Under the pieces are notes generated by a model that saw only the letters and a program-made list of their open reading frames with translations, made no database searches and was not told the origin of the DNA. From NCBI RefSeq assembly GCF_018350175.1, contig NC_058373.1:108688001-108752000 (forward strand): a stretch of DNA of 64,000 nucleotides, given 5' to 3'. How positions within the stretch are numbered: position 1 is the stretch's first letter; every line of letters begins with the position of its first letter. Shown piece after piece: positions 51,026 to 64,000 of the stretch. The DNA is from Felis catus. Taxonomy: Eukaryota. A program made the position numbers and the translations under genes.

Positions 51026-51689
51026 AAAATTTTATTTCAGATATTAGAATTACTTTTAGCTCTATATTTCCATTTTTATAGTTTTGCTTTCTTCCTCGTG
51101 TTCATGTTTTTTTCTTTATATTATTGAACATGTTTATAATACTTTAAGTCTTTGGCTGCTAATTTTATCTTATTTTCATTTTGTTTTAATGGATTAATTT
51201 TTCCCCTGGTTATGGGATATATTTTTCTGCTTCTTTGCATATCTGTCTGTTTGTTAGGTTCTTGACAGAGTAAATATTGCCTTGTTACATGTCTGCTTTT
51301 TAACTCCTGGTGGGTCTCAAATACCTTTGGGCAGAAACCAAGGTTGATTATGTAGCTCACATTATTACTTTCCTTCTTTTAGTTCTGTACTATTGTTCTT
51401 TCATAAGTTTGGTCCGGTATTTTGGTTGCTTATGGAAAGAAGGATAGTCCAGTATATATTATGGTCTATAGTCGAAATCTATATTTACTTTTGTAATTAA
51501 CTTTGTATGAAATAGTTGGACTTAATTTTATCTTTCATGGATTTCACTTTTCACTTCTATATTTCATAATATGACCTGGTCTTTAAGTTCTTTTCATTTT
51601 TCTCTCAGTTGGCTGGGCTGTATTTTTAAAAAGTATGTGAAATATTTCCTAAGAATATCTTTTTGTTTCAACACAGAAAAATAGTTGAC

Positions 51690-52150
51690 ATTATGTTAAG
51701 TGAAAGAAGTCAGAGAAAGACCAACACTGGGTGATCTCGCTTATATGTGGGGAAAAAAACCAAAAAACAAAAAAAAACCCTCACAGAAACAGAATAGAAT
51801 GAGGGTTGCAAGGGACTGAGCGGGGGTGGGGGGGGTGGGGGGGGTGGGGGGGTGGGGAGGGGAAACAAGGGGATATTGGTGAAAGAGTACAAATGAATAA
51901 GTTCTGGGGATTTAATTTATAGCATGGTGACTATGGTTAATGATACTGTATCATATATTTTCAGGTTTCTAAGAAGATATGTCTTAAATGCTCTCACCAC
52001 ACACACATACACAAAGATAAATATGTGAGGTGGTGGAGGTGCTAACTAATCCTGTTGTGGTAATCATTTTGTAATGTTTCCATGTATCCAATTATCACAT
52101 TGTATAACTTAAACTTATAAAATGTTATGTGCCCATTACATCTCAATAAA
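51690..52150 (+). mobile_element. L1MA/L1MB-type 3' end
   Basis: TTATGTTAAGTGAAA.AAGTCAG..TCGCTTATATGTGG, G tract, AATAAGTTCTGGGGAT..AGCATGGTGACTAT, ending CTCAATAAA. Confidence 0.85.
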
Positions 52151-53134
52151 GGTATAAAGGCATTTAATTGGATATACAAACCTTGAAGGCAACCAGTACA
52201 GGATGGGTTACATATATTATTGCAAGTTGTTTTTGTTGTTTGGTTGAGGCTTATGATTTTTATGGCATAATTATAATGGAGTCTCCTTGAAGTACTGATG
52301 CTGACAGATATCAAGGGAGTTTTACTGATTTACACACCTACCAGGAAATCCAGAGGAGAAAAATTGTCCAATATTGATCAGAAGAAAAATCTATAGTGAA
52401 ATAAAGGCTGTTTTTAAAATTAGATGAAAAAGTGTGGCTTAACTTTTTAATTTCAAGAGTGACATAAATGTGATAATTGCATAACTCCAGAGTGTTTACA
52501 TTTATGAAGCTATGAGGTAGAAAAGAGTCAGTGATACAGTGGGACCAATTCATTCATATGGATCTGTTGGATGCTGAAGTTAATGAGCTTTTCTTCTGAG
52601 GTCAGCGATTTAATGAGAAAATCAACATACAAAACAGATAGTAATTAGATATGAGTTAATATGTATTGTAAATAATTCCCTCTTAGGAAATAGGGGATGA
52701 TCTCATAAAGTATTTGGGAGAATTCTGTGTAATGGAGGAAGGATGAGATCACAAGGAATTCTGGTATTCCATTACTATAGTTTATGAATTGCTAAAATGC
52801 TTCTGTACTCGTAGAACAAAGCTTCTGCCTGGAGCTACTGTTTCAGAGGGCATCCTTGACTTACCTGTGATCCAGTAATAGAAGAGCGAAAGTTTGACAT
52901 AGTAGCCTTCTAGTTCTCTGCTTCACCATCAGAGCCTGCAGCCATTTGATTGATACCAGTATCTTTGTCCAAAATTATCCTTAAATATTTGACTACAAGT
53001 CCTACACAAAGGGCTATAGACTTGTGTTGCTTTATCTCCAAATGACGTGATCATAGTTTATCAATAAATTAGGCACTAGTACATTTACTTTTTCTCTCCT
53101 ACCTGGTAGGTCTGGCTTTAAGGGTATCAAGCCA

Positions 53135-53510
53135 TATCACAGCCAGACTCTAAGCCAAGGGTGGATGATGCCTGGTGAGACCAAAGAAATGACCTGGAGA
53201 CATCAATCAAGACATAGGTTTCTTAGGGGAAATTATGCATAGGGAGCAACAGACTGGACAAAGAATCCACTGCTGGAATCTACATGAAGCAAACTTTTAT
53301 AGCAAGTATCTATAGCTTTTTCCCTCCTTGCATGGCCAACATTCCAAAGAGATCAGGGTCTGCCATCTACTTTCTTCATTAACAGGGGAGACACTCTGGG
53401 TCAAGCCTCTGGCCTCGAATATACTGCTACATGTTGTTCTGCATATACTGCTTGATAGGAATCTAGGAGGAGAACAGGATTCTGTACATTTTCAAGATAG
53501 TGATTAACAT
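53135..53510 (-). mobile_element. ERVL LTR (MER54/MER73/MER74 group-like)
   Basis: TCACAGCCAGACTCT..GAGACCAAAGAAATGACCTGGAGAC..GACATAGGTTT..CTGGACA resembles the reverse-strand U5/R region of this group. Termini are uncertain. Confidence 0.5.
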
Positions 53511-55877
53511 TGGCATTCAAGCATGCTTGTATAAAGTAGATATCCAGCATGTACCATACAAAGGATGAAGTCCAAGCACTGGAAAATTATAGAGCTCATT
53601 TCCCAGGTTTGGATGGCTTTTGTAAATTGGGTTGGGTTAGTAGGTATTGAGGCAGAGACCCAGATCACTGCCTGTTACTTGTTAGCAAAGATAGCTGAGC
53701 TCACTTAAAAGGAATAGAATAAGTGAAATGGGAATCAACAAAGATGATTTATTTTCTTTCCCAGTAGGACAGATCAGCAGGAGCTTGTCACACATGGTTA
53801 GAGGAATAGCTGATGATTTAATTTTTCTCCCAACATCTTTTATATTTAGATGGTATATGTTACTTCTCCTAGTGAGTGCCTATACACAAAGTTCATTAAA
53901 GGTGAAGTTTCCAAAGTCATAAATACTAACTTCTGTCAGAAAAATTTTCAAAGAACATTGCAATGAAGTTGCTTCCTTGTCTAAGAGATTACAGAAGGCA
54001 GCCAGGAGGAGAGGAATACAAATTATTGAGAAAGCCACAGCTTTAATTATTTTTGTTATTTTTTTTTTCTGAGAGATAAATTGCAACAGAAAAATAACAG
54101 AGCAAGAAAATCACTGCAGTACATTTAAAATAAAAATTTCTCCCCAAAATACCAGTCTGTGATAGGAATGAAATGAGCATCATAATTTCTTCAACAGAAA
54201 CATATGTTAAGTACTTACTTGACTGTGGGAGTATAGAAAAATGATTATATTTCATATCTAATGCAAACTGGGTAAAGTAAATATAGGTCTGTTGTTGGAA
54301 TCTACTGGAGAGATTAACAAGATGGCAAATTACAGTTTCTACACTTGCATAGAATTTAAATTGAGAGGATATAAATGAAATTCTAGTTAGCTGCATAACT
54401 CCTTAACTGTACCCAGGAGTGCCATGACCTCATGTGTGCACATGCTTGCCTCCACACATACACTTAGAGTTCCTCTAGCCATATGAATGGTCAGTGTGAT
54501 GATCATGGGATTAATTTTTATCATTTATATCAAAAGGTGATTTTAAATTTAATGTCTGGGTGGAATAGATCTATGTTTAGGTTTGGGATCCAGCTGGAAA
54601 GACAGCATCACCCAAAATGATGAATTTCGTAGGTTGTTTTTCATTCTTACTAAGGACAGAAAAATTATTGCAGGAGAAGTATGACTCAGAGTTTGCTAAA
54701 TGGTCTAATCAATATTCTTCTCTCACCCATTTCCCTACCAGTACAGTAGAAAGAAGACAACATCCCACAAATGCAGACAAGTTAGAGATAACAGTGGAGA
54801 CCCAAGTTCTCCTATTGCTCTGGAATTCACCTGTTGGTGAATGATTGCTGAATGATTTCTCTCTTAGCATTTGTTCCTCATCAGCCTAAGATCTCCATAT
54901 TGAAATGTGGAATTTTCCAAAGTGTTTCTCTTGTAAAATGCCTATTCAAAATCTATACTATATCCAGTGAGGGTTACTTTTATTTGTGTTCTCTGAAGGA
55001 TCCAGTGTCTTAGATTCAGAAGTAAGCTCACAGTATTCCTTCAGTTCACATGATCCTATTCTGGGCAAGACAACTCAGGCCAGTTTTTTCCCCCATAAAG
55101 ACTCTGAGTGTTACGAAGAGCAACACTGTTTATATGTATTAAGTTCTTTTTAATGCACTATGCTAAATGTCACTTAACCTTTACAATAACTTTAGGAGTA
55201 TGATTAGTACCACCCCATTTTGCTTCAGAGAAGTGAAGTGACTTGTCCAAGGTCACTCTGTTGTAAGGCAAAGACCTGGAATTAGAACAAAACCCCAGTG
55301 CTTGCTTTTTAGCTTTTTGTTTTATTGGGTTAGCTGAGCATAACTCCTTTCTGCATATCATAGGACTGCCATGGGAGTAAAGCATTTAGGGCCTTTTATG
55401 AGCCTTTCCAAAAAGTGACATTCTCCACTGTTCTTCTATCCAAATGAACGACTTCCATTTTGACATAAATATTTGGAGTGATTCTTACCTGTATCTTTTC
55501 TCTCCTCCATTCTGTGCCTCAAACCTGCAAACAAGCTTAAATCCCTCTAGTCCTAAAAGATGTCATCCAGCCATCTTCTTTTCCCCAAATGCTAGTTCCA
55601 TGGCTCTTGGACCTTTTCTTTCCCACTGTGGTTTTCATGAGACAAGTCTCAGTGCTCTGCAGCCCATTTTGCACCATTCATTTGTTTCGTGCTCCTTGGC
55701 AGTCAGGACTTTGTTTCTTTCCCTTTATAGGAAGTGCTTTGCAGAGCATAACTGATCTTCAAATTTAATAGCTTTTGTCAGTCTTCCTGATCTTTTATAC
55801 AGCATAACTGAAATTTCTCATTCGTTTTGAAATTCTCTTTTGATAATGCTGTATTATCATGGTTCTCCTGTGTAAAT

Positions 55878-56010
55878 CAAGGATTGGCAAACTGTGACCC
55901 AGAAGCCAAATTTGACCTACTTTATTTTTTAGGTAAACCTTTATTGTGACATAGCCATGCTTATGTAGTTTCTATGGCTGATTTCACACTATAATGGCAG
56001 ACACTAGTTG
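55878..56010. mobile_element. MER58-like fragment
   Basis: CAAGGATTGGCAAACT..GCCAAAT..TTTATTG..ACATAGCCATG..CTATGGCTG. Confidence 0.6.
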
Positions 56011-57885
56011 AAATAAGGCACATTTTAGGTTTCTCTACACTCATATTCCCTAAATGCATATAGACCACAAAGGACCATTTCTGGATCTTTTTTCTTCACC
56101 GTGTCCCATAGAGACTTTTTCCATTTTCTTAGTTCTTCCCTCCACTTCCCGGCAGTCAGTATTTAAATCTCCCTTTAGTCCTAGGTATTCCCTGGAGCCC
56201 TGGACCTGTACCCCATTTTCATCTGCCTTAAGGGCATTAGCACACAGGTGTTATTCTGCCAACTGATTCTAAAATGTACATAACTTTCACCATGAAGAAG
56301 ACCACACCTGATTTCCTAAGTCCAACAATGTCTGTTAATGATGCTATCAGCAATTCATTTGTGCCACACTTTATAGTTGACAAAACATGTTTACATTTGT
56401 TATTTTAATCCTCTCCATTAGTCAGTCTTTTCCCCTCTGCCCTTCTTTCTTGTCCTAAATTCTCACATGCATTAAATTCCTAGGTTTTATGGATTTGACC
56501 TCTGCATTATTCTTACATTCACTCTTTCCTGTAATTCTGCCTTAGTCAAATCCTTATAACCTCAACCTGAAATAGCAGCCTCCACTCCCTCTACGGTGCT
56601 TTACTCAACACCTCAGAGTTAATCATTTTATTAAAGGTGGTTGTAAGCAGATCTTTGCCCTGGTCAGCAAGCTTTTGTTTCTTTCTGTTGCTTATCAAAC
56701 TGTACCCTACACTCATCAGCCTGCCCTCCATTTGTATTTACTTGACCCATCTAGCTTCATCTCTATTTCTGTTAAGTGTGCTTTGTTTCCACTTGACTAG
56801 AATATCCCATCTCCCCAGAACACACTTCATGTGTGTTTACTTCTTCCCTCTATCTATAATGCCATTCTCTAATCAGTTCAGATCCAACTTACTGAATTCA
56901 TTGTTTCTCTAGTGTGACTAGAGAAAACCTGGTTGAGTGTAACCATTCTGTAGCCATTACTTACCAGCTCAGACCCATGTAGATTTCATACACATGCTAC
57001 TCTAAGGCTTCAGGGTTACAATTGCTTTCGTGACACTCATATCCTGAGCCACCATTTCCCAAAGTACAGTGCCGTCCCCTGGTGTCTGTATTGTGAGAGC
57101 CTTTGAATCTGAATCATATTGTATGAACATACTGTATTTGAATCAGTCTTCCCTTTCCCTAATGCATTTAGGTTACTATGCCATCCTTTTGCAAAGGAAT
57201 GTAGAGTCAGAGTATCTAGAAGCTACCAAGAAATGCAGGCCACACCTAGGGAGAGTAGAGGGAGTTAGGTAATGTTTGGGGCAGAAATCTGTTAGGATGC
57301 CATTTCAGTGCCTTCTTTTGGATATTGTACTAAATTGGGGTATAGTGGGTCTATGGGAGCCCATCTCCACTTGGAAGAATCACCCATAGGTGGTTGTCTC
57401 TCCTTAGTTCTATCTCATTAATCTCACTCTCCTCTCTCTCCTCTCTCACATTTAGATATAAAAGGTGGAGTGTTTTTCTTAATGAACTGAATCTACTAAA
57501 GAGAGTCCATAATAAAGATTTACTAAGTTCCAGGTGTTGTGCCAACTTCTTTATTGGTGATCTAATTTAATCCTTAAACTTCCCTATGTTTTAATCCTAA
57601 AAACTTCCTTTTTTTTCTGCTGCAACGTGTTTATTATGTGACAAAAAAAAAAAAAAAACAACTACACCACAGCCTACTCCACACGTCTGTAGGAGAGTGC
57701 AGTCTTGCCTGCATATACTACAATGAGGTAGAGACTTCACACACAGCTTCACAAAACCCACAGAGTAGCTGCGATATGCAACAATGTGATGTCAGCTCAA
57801 CAGGAGGGAGTGGGGGTATGACACTGGTTCCTTGGCACACAGTTTCCCAAAGAGGGGCAAGTAGATCGTTGTTGTTTTTCTTTTT

Positions 57886-58024
<139 letters not shown>

Positions 58025-61000
58025 TAGGTCAAGTTTTTTCAACTCCAGTAGCATTTCAGTGACTACAACTGTTCCTTCATACATTTCTCAACTGAAAGAA
58101 ATAAGGAAGGGTACTTGTCCCCTCTGAGAGAAAGGGCTCCTGTGAGCCTTCATCTGCTCCCACCAAAAAGCAGCCCTTTTTTAGCTCAGTTACAAAAGAA
58201 AAAAGTCCTGTGACTTTGTGATTAAAAACTTCTATCAATCCTCCCCCACATAGAAGTGCAACTTAAGAAGGTGCGATAAACCATTTACAACTATATACAG
58301 CAGCCACTCAAATATCGTTTATCCGGTCCAGTTTCAAATCCAAATCCCTATGAGCTAGATCTTAGCTCCATTTTACAGATGGGGAAATGGAGATAGAGAA
58401 GTTTGCTGACCCACCCAAATTTACAAAACTATTGTCTATAGACCTGAGTGAACCATACTGTCTTAGAGGTTGTTTGTTTGTTTTTAAATCTTCAACTTTT
58501 TCTTGTATTTGGAACAGAGAACTTAAGTTCAAAAACAAGAAGTACTTGCAGCTGCCCTCTAGTTATCATGCTGGGATTTTACCTTCATTAATATAAGCAT
58601 TCAGATGCTGTCTTTAAGCAGTTCTCATGAGCAGTCCCTGCAGTAGATGGTGCTGTCCCTTGTTCAATAATGTAATTGATGGTGACTGGGCTCAGACAAA
58701 TCAGCATTCCTTGTTGCTTCCACAAATTTACTCAAGGCTCGTTAGTGTTGGGTTTGATGTGGGATAGACAGTGGTCTCATCTTCCACCTCAATGCCATAG
58801 AGAGGAAATAAGCATCAAGGGAGTGTGCCCTTTAGAAGAGCTTTGTAGGGCAGGATGGCAAACAGGGCCACTCTCATGAAAGTGTGAAGGAGCATGGTCC
58901 ATTATAGCTGTAGAGAGAGTAAATGGAGAACTCAGATGGTAAAAAGAATGATTTTCAATGTATTTCAGGATGGATTTGAAGGGTGATAATTAGAGGACAC
59001 TGTGCTGTGGTCATCAGAATAGAAAGTACAGAGGTAAGAGTAAAGCTTTGGGTTTGCATTAAGGCAGAGCCTTTTTTTTCAAATCCAAAGAACATGCTTA
59101 TTTTCGAATGCTTAAGAGCTGGAAGGAATGACAAGGATAAGAGTAGAATGAGAGTGGTTAGGAAAAAGGTTGATGGATAAAAAAAACAACCTTGAAGCAG
59201 AACTTATGATAAGTGAATGGATTTTGTTAATATCAGGTTACAACGGCTGGGCTTCTGTGTCAGTATGAAGATGCTTTCACACATGTTTGATTCTCACAGC
59301 TTATCTGTCAGATAAAGAGAGGAGAAAATCTTGGCCCCATTTTAAAAATAAAGTGGAAAGATGGAGAGACTGGGAACAAGGGATGGCAAGTAGAATGACT
59401 TACCCTACGTCATATAGCTATTCTTATATTTCTTAAGATATTGTGGTTCACTACCTCAATTCTTCCCCAAGTATCCCAGGAATTTCATTTTCTGTCATTG
59501 TTAATGGAATCTATCCCCCTTTACCAATGCAGATCCACACAGATAAGGATAATTGTGAGCCTAAACAGGAAAGAGAGTGTTCAAGTCTATGATCAAATGT
59601 GAAAGTAAAGATAAGCTAGACTGTAGTTGAAATACTCAAGATCCATAACACCAGATAACATGCTGTCTGTAGTTTGTTCCACACTGTGGAGAGATAGTAT
59701 GTGGAAGTGTTAGCTTGACTAAATTTCTTTAATGCAAAAGGTCATTATTTAGTTTACAAAAGATGTCTTTTAACGTTGTTAAAGTTTTATAGTCGATTGT
59801 AATGAGATTGCAATTGTTTAGATTTCTCTATGTGTAAGTACAATCTAAAGCTTTTTACATAGCCTGTTTTTTTGTTTTTTTCTGATCAGGATGTTTTATT
59901 GTCCTTTGTATCTTTAGGCATATCCATTAAAGGGGAACAGCAAGCTTCCTTTACAAGTTGACTACAGATAGGGACAGAGTCAGGGCTAAGCAGGGCTTTT
60001 CAGGACTCCACTCTGGGAGCCAAGCTTACAGGCAACCTGTGAAAATTCAGATGTTCAGTCACATTTACCTGCTGTGCAATGCCCTCCTTCCTCCATCTCC
60101 TCCAAATTTTAGTAATCTCGTGTCCTAGGGAGTGCTGTAGGGAGCAATTCCCAGGTGACATTAATTATCTTAAAGCATAGTGCTAGAATTTGACAGGGAT
60201 CTTCTCTCAAAATTGTCTCAACCTTTCCAAAAGCAGAAAGAATTGAGAGCTGAAGCAGGAACATAGGAGGAGCTAGAGGGAGTGATAGACGGCAGGATTT
60301 AGAGCTAGGTCCTGGTCATGTAATTGGGTGGCAGTCTGCATAAGAAACTCTTAATGTGTCAACATCTGCTCCGCCTTTGAGTAAGTTATACACCCCCTCT
60401 CCCCTGTTTTTGTTGAACTCAAGGCAAGGAAATAACAAATGAAAGTCTGACTTATATTACATGTGTGCTAGTACTTGTCAGTTTCATACTGTCGTCACAT
60501 ATTTAAAGGGAATCCATACAAACCATTTCCAATGCAGAGTGACTTACTTTGACAGAACTCCCAGAAATTTCTGCCTCATCAAGGAATTTTTCTTTTTCTC
60601 TGAAGTCATTACCATTTTGGCCTCATGTTTCTGTTTTAGCATTTTAATTCTGATGCTGATTCCACGGGGCAGGTCTTGAGTCCAATTCTGTGTTCTGTTT
60701 TGTGTCCTGAATATGTTTGGAACTTACTGGTGCTGTTATTGCTAATGATAAGGATCTGTTTGGACAGGGATCCTCAGCTATCACCAACTCACAGTCATCC
60801 AATTAATGAGCTAAGGAACTGGAGTGCAGCAGTTGGTAGAGGTGACTGACACAATGGTTGCAGAGAGGAATATATAAGTGTCATTACAGGGAGGCTAAAG
60901 AGTCTTAGCTGAGGGTCCTTACACAGACAGGCTACTAGTCAGCCTGGTAGTGGTTGGATGCATTAGGTGTTTTTGTTTCAAATTAGAAAATTTTTGTCTA

Positions 61001-61319
61001 CAAGTTCAAAAGTAGACTATCTGATCCGTTTTTTTCGTTATCAGTATAGATGACAGCATTTTAAAATGACAAGTGGAATAGGAGTTCTATCATCTATCAA
61101 GATCTCAGACACATTTTCGGTTAGTGTCCGTAGCAATAGAGCATGATTTTTGTCATGTTGGTGCATAACAACAGGATATGATAAAAGTCAGAGCTGCTAT
61201 AGTTGGGCATCTTGCTGTCCTGGTTGGCAGTTGCATGGAAGTTTTCCAAGAGCTCTATGATAATTAGAGCAGTTCTATTCTTATTCCTGTATAGTTTAGA
61301 ATTTCTTGAACTAGAATCC

Positions 61320-62260
61320 CCAGAACCATCCATGGTTCTGGTAGAGGGTTACTTATGCAAGAAGTGTTCAAACAACTGTGCACACGTGTGTGCATACACA
61401 GATAAGCAATGATGGGTTATGTTAAAGGGCCAGAAGCTCCAAATGAAAAAAACCCAATGGTCAAAGCTGGGAAAATTTAAGCAACAAAATAAATTTGAGC
61501 ATTAGAATATAACCCAAAGTATAGAATATCCATATGTTCATACTGCTATTAACAAGTTATGCATAAATGTGGGAAAATAGGCAAAGCTTCCTTGTGGCAG
61601 AATTACAGATAATTACAAATACATTATCTGCCCTCAACAATGTGGATCATAGCTTCCTGCTCCTTAAGTGTAGGCTATACACAATGACTGCCTTCCAAGG
61701 AATACAATATAGAGAAGGGGGAAAACAGTAACTTTACAGTGGAGAAGCCTACAAATACTACCTAACAATGTGATTAAGGTTAACATCAACAGTTACATAT
61801 CATGCTGATTGTATGTGCCCTTGCTGTGATGTAATGAGAATAGCACTATACTGGGGTCTTCCTTTCAAAAACCCACAACCCCAGTCTAATCATGAGGAAA
61901 ATATCAGACAAATCCCAAATGTGGGAAATTATGCAAAATACTGACCAGTACTTCTCAAACCTGTCAAAGTCATCAAAAATAAGGAAAGTCTGACAGTCAA
62001 AAGGAGCCTAATAAGATATGAAACTAAATATAATGTGATGTGATCCTGGAGTAGAAAAAGGAAATTGATACAATCTAAAGATACCTGAATAAATTATTGG
62101 CTTAAGTTACTCTGTCAATACTGATTCATTAATTATAAAAAATGTGCCATAATTAGGTCAGATGTTAATAATAGGAAAAAAATTGGATATGAGAACTCTT
62201 TGTACCATTTTCACAAGTTTTTATGCATTTAAAACTTCTACAATGAAAGGTTTGTTAAGA
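61320..62260 (+). mobile_element. L1MC-type 3' region
   Basis: TAACTTTACAGTGGAGAA, AAAACCCACAACCCCAGTCTAATCATGAG, CTGACCAGTACTTCTCAAA..TGTCAAAGTCATC, AGATGTTAATAATAGG. Confidence 0.75.
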
Positions 62261-63429
62261 AATCACACCTGAGAAGTAAATCAAAAGGCATTATATTATT
62301 GTTCAAATAAGTACTAAATCCTCCCTTTTTCCATATCACTGCACTCAAATGAAACAAGATGATTCAGGTTTTTGTGGAAAATACGGAGTTGGATGTTTGT
62401 AATCTTCTTATATTTAAAATAATAGTGATAGTGTACACAAGTAACAAATTAATAGAAGGACTTAAAATGAAAAGCCACAGTCCCTGCCCCTATGCTGGCC
62501 TGCTTTCTAGGAGGACCTACTTTAACTCTTGTTGCTGATCTCCATGTCTGGATTTTTATATTGACTCTTGCTTAGACAAATCAGGAAGATTACTTACACC
62601 TTTCAACTCTTCTTATTCTTCCTTCCTATATATTTTTATCACTGATTTTAGATTTTAGTTCCTTGATTGTTTACCATTGTAACTTCAGATGGTACAATAT
62701 ATTTTTTCTTTATTTTTTCACTCCCCACTTGATCAATGAGGATGTTAGCACCATTTCTTTTTTTCAGCCTTCCTCTCTCCTTCTGCCTCTCATTTTTTTT
62801 GTCATCACCATACTCTTTTTATTGATTTTTTAATTCTATAAGAAATCAACAGTCTGTATTTTTAATTTTAAAATATTTAAATTTAGAATCTTATAGATGA
62901 TACTCAAGTTCCTTTTGACACACCCTAATCTACCTGTCTCCAATCTTGATTTCTTTCCTACTTTCACAGAAATAACCCTTTGTAGCAGTTTGATATGTAA
63001 CTTTCCAGCTGTATTTCTATGCATTACTATGCCTATATATTTATATTAGAAAATGTAAAATGTTTTATTTTTCTATAATTCTGTAAGTTGTTTTTTGTAT
63101 TATACAACTTATATTTTACATTTAATGGTACGTTTTGCATACTATATATATAACTTACTAAATATGGAACTAATGCACGTTTTCCCTACTTCAGTAAATA
63201 TTTCATAGAGTGCTGATGTGTGGCTTTTTCACTACTGACAAATAGTTAGGTCATTTACTCTTTTTTAAATTTAAAAAACTGCTGCAGTAAACATTCCAGT
63301 ATATAGTGTATTATGTACATGCATAAATGTTTTTCTAGGTTACACATGAAAGAGAGAATAGGTGAGACATGCAGTGAGGATAAACACGTATTAATTTATT
63401 ACCATGTGCCAAATGTGATTTACTCATAC

Positions 63430-64000
63430 TTTGTTAAGGGATTTTTGTCAATGCCCACATCCTTTTCTTGTAATATCTTTATGAGGTTTTGGTATCTTGG
63501 TTATGCTTAACTCACAGAATAAGTTGTGAAGCATTCCCTCCTTCTGTATTTTCTAAAAGAGTTTTTCTAAGACAGATATTGTTTCTTCCTTAAATATTTG
63601 ATGCGATTCATTCATTAGTTAAGCCACTGAGGACTGGAGTTTTCCTTGTTGGGAGGTTTCTGATAATTCTGTTTCTTTAATAGTAAGTTTATCATATTTG
63701 TTATTGCTTCTATGAAATGTTTTGGTTGTGCTTTTTGAAGAAATTTTCGTTTCATTTAGGTCAGTGGACCTACTATCAGAAACTTATTCATCATACATAT
63801 AGTTGTTCTTTTAATGACTATAATCTCCAGTGATGTTCTCTCCTAATTTGTGGCATTGGTAATTTTTATTTTCTTTTGTTTTCAATCCCCTGGTTAGTCT
63901 TGTCAAGGGTTTATCAACTTCCATTAATGTTTTAAAGAGCCACTTTTGGTTTTGTCAAGTTTCAGTCATTGGCATTCTATCTGACTTTTCTGGTCTTATA
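63430..64000 (-). mobile_element. Ancient L1M ORF2 relic, runs off the window
   Basis: GGTTTTGGTATC, GTTAAGCCACTGAGGACTGGAG (antisense PGPDGF region), TTTCATTTAGG, GGTTTATCAA. Confidence 0.7.

Larger units (their letters stand above)
48200..51400 (-). mobile_element. Ancient L1M relic (degenerate ORF2/ORF1), interrupted by SINEs
   Basis: T-rich sequence colinear with antisense ORF2 (GGGATTTTGATT, ACAATCATG, CTGGTTTTGGTGTCAGG, AATTTGTCCATTTCATC); no ORF remains. Confidence 0.7.

Noticed and set aside
52858..52940. Minus-strand perfect donor CAG|GTAAGT at ~52865 suggesting an exon
   Set aside because: No good polypyrimidine acceptor upstream and no recognisable peptide; one such 9-mer is plausible by chance in a window this size.

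Overview
Mammalian genomic DNA, almost certainly felid: it carries tRNA-derived carnivore SINEs (CanSINE/SINEC_Fc type) and a cat-type LINE-1. The window is AT-rich and repeat-dominated, intronic or intergenic. I cannot support any host protein-coding exon or RNA gene; nearly all short ORFs in the track are repeat-derived or chance. The main feature is a young, full-length ~6 kb LINE-1 on the minus strand (41255-47239) with a perfect 16-bp TSD, a CpG-rich 5'UTR with a YY1 site, ORF1 and ORF2. It has only three small indels and a double poly(A) tail enclosing a 21-nt putative 3' transduction. It sits back-to-back with an older short L1 3' fragment that used the opposite strand of the same palindromic TTTT/AAAA endonuclease site. 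Other content: an older 5'-truncated carnivore L1 (6.9-9.45 kb), about 17 SINEs (14 minus, 3 plus), a solo LTR with exact termini and a 5-bp TSD (33813-34437), MaLR/ERVL LTRs, hAT MITEs, old L1M/L2/MIR relics and microsatellites. I found no convincing new biological system; the best leads concern the young L1 and its insertion site. Repeat family names come from recognition by eye, and boundaries of old repeats are approximate.
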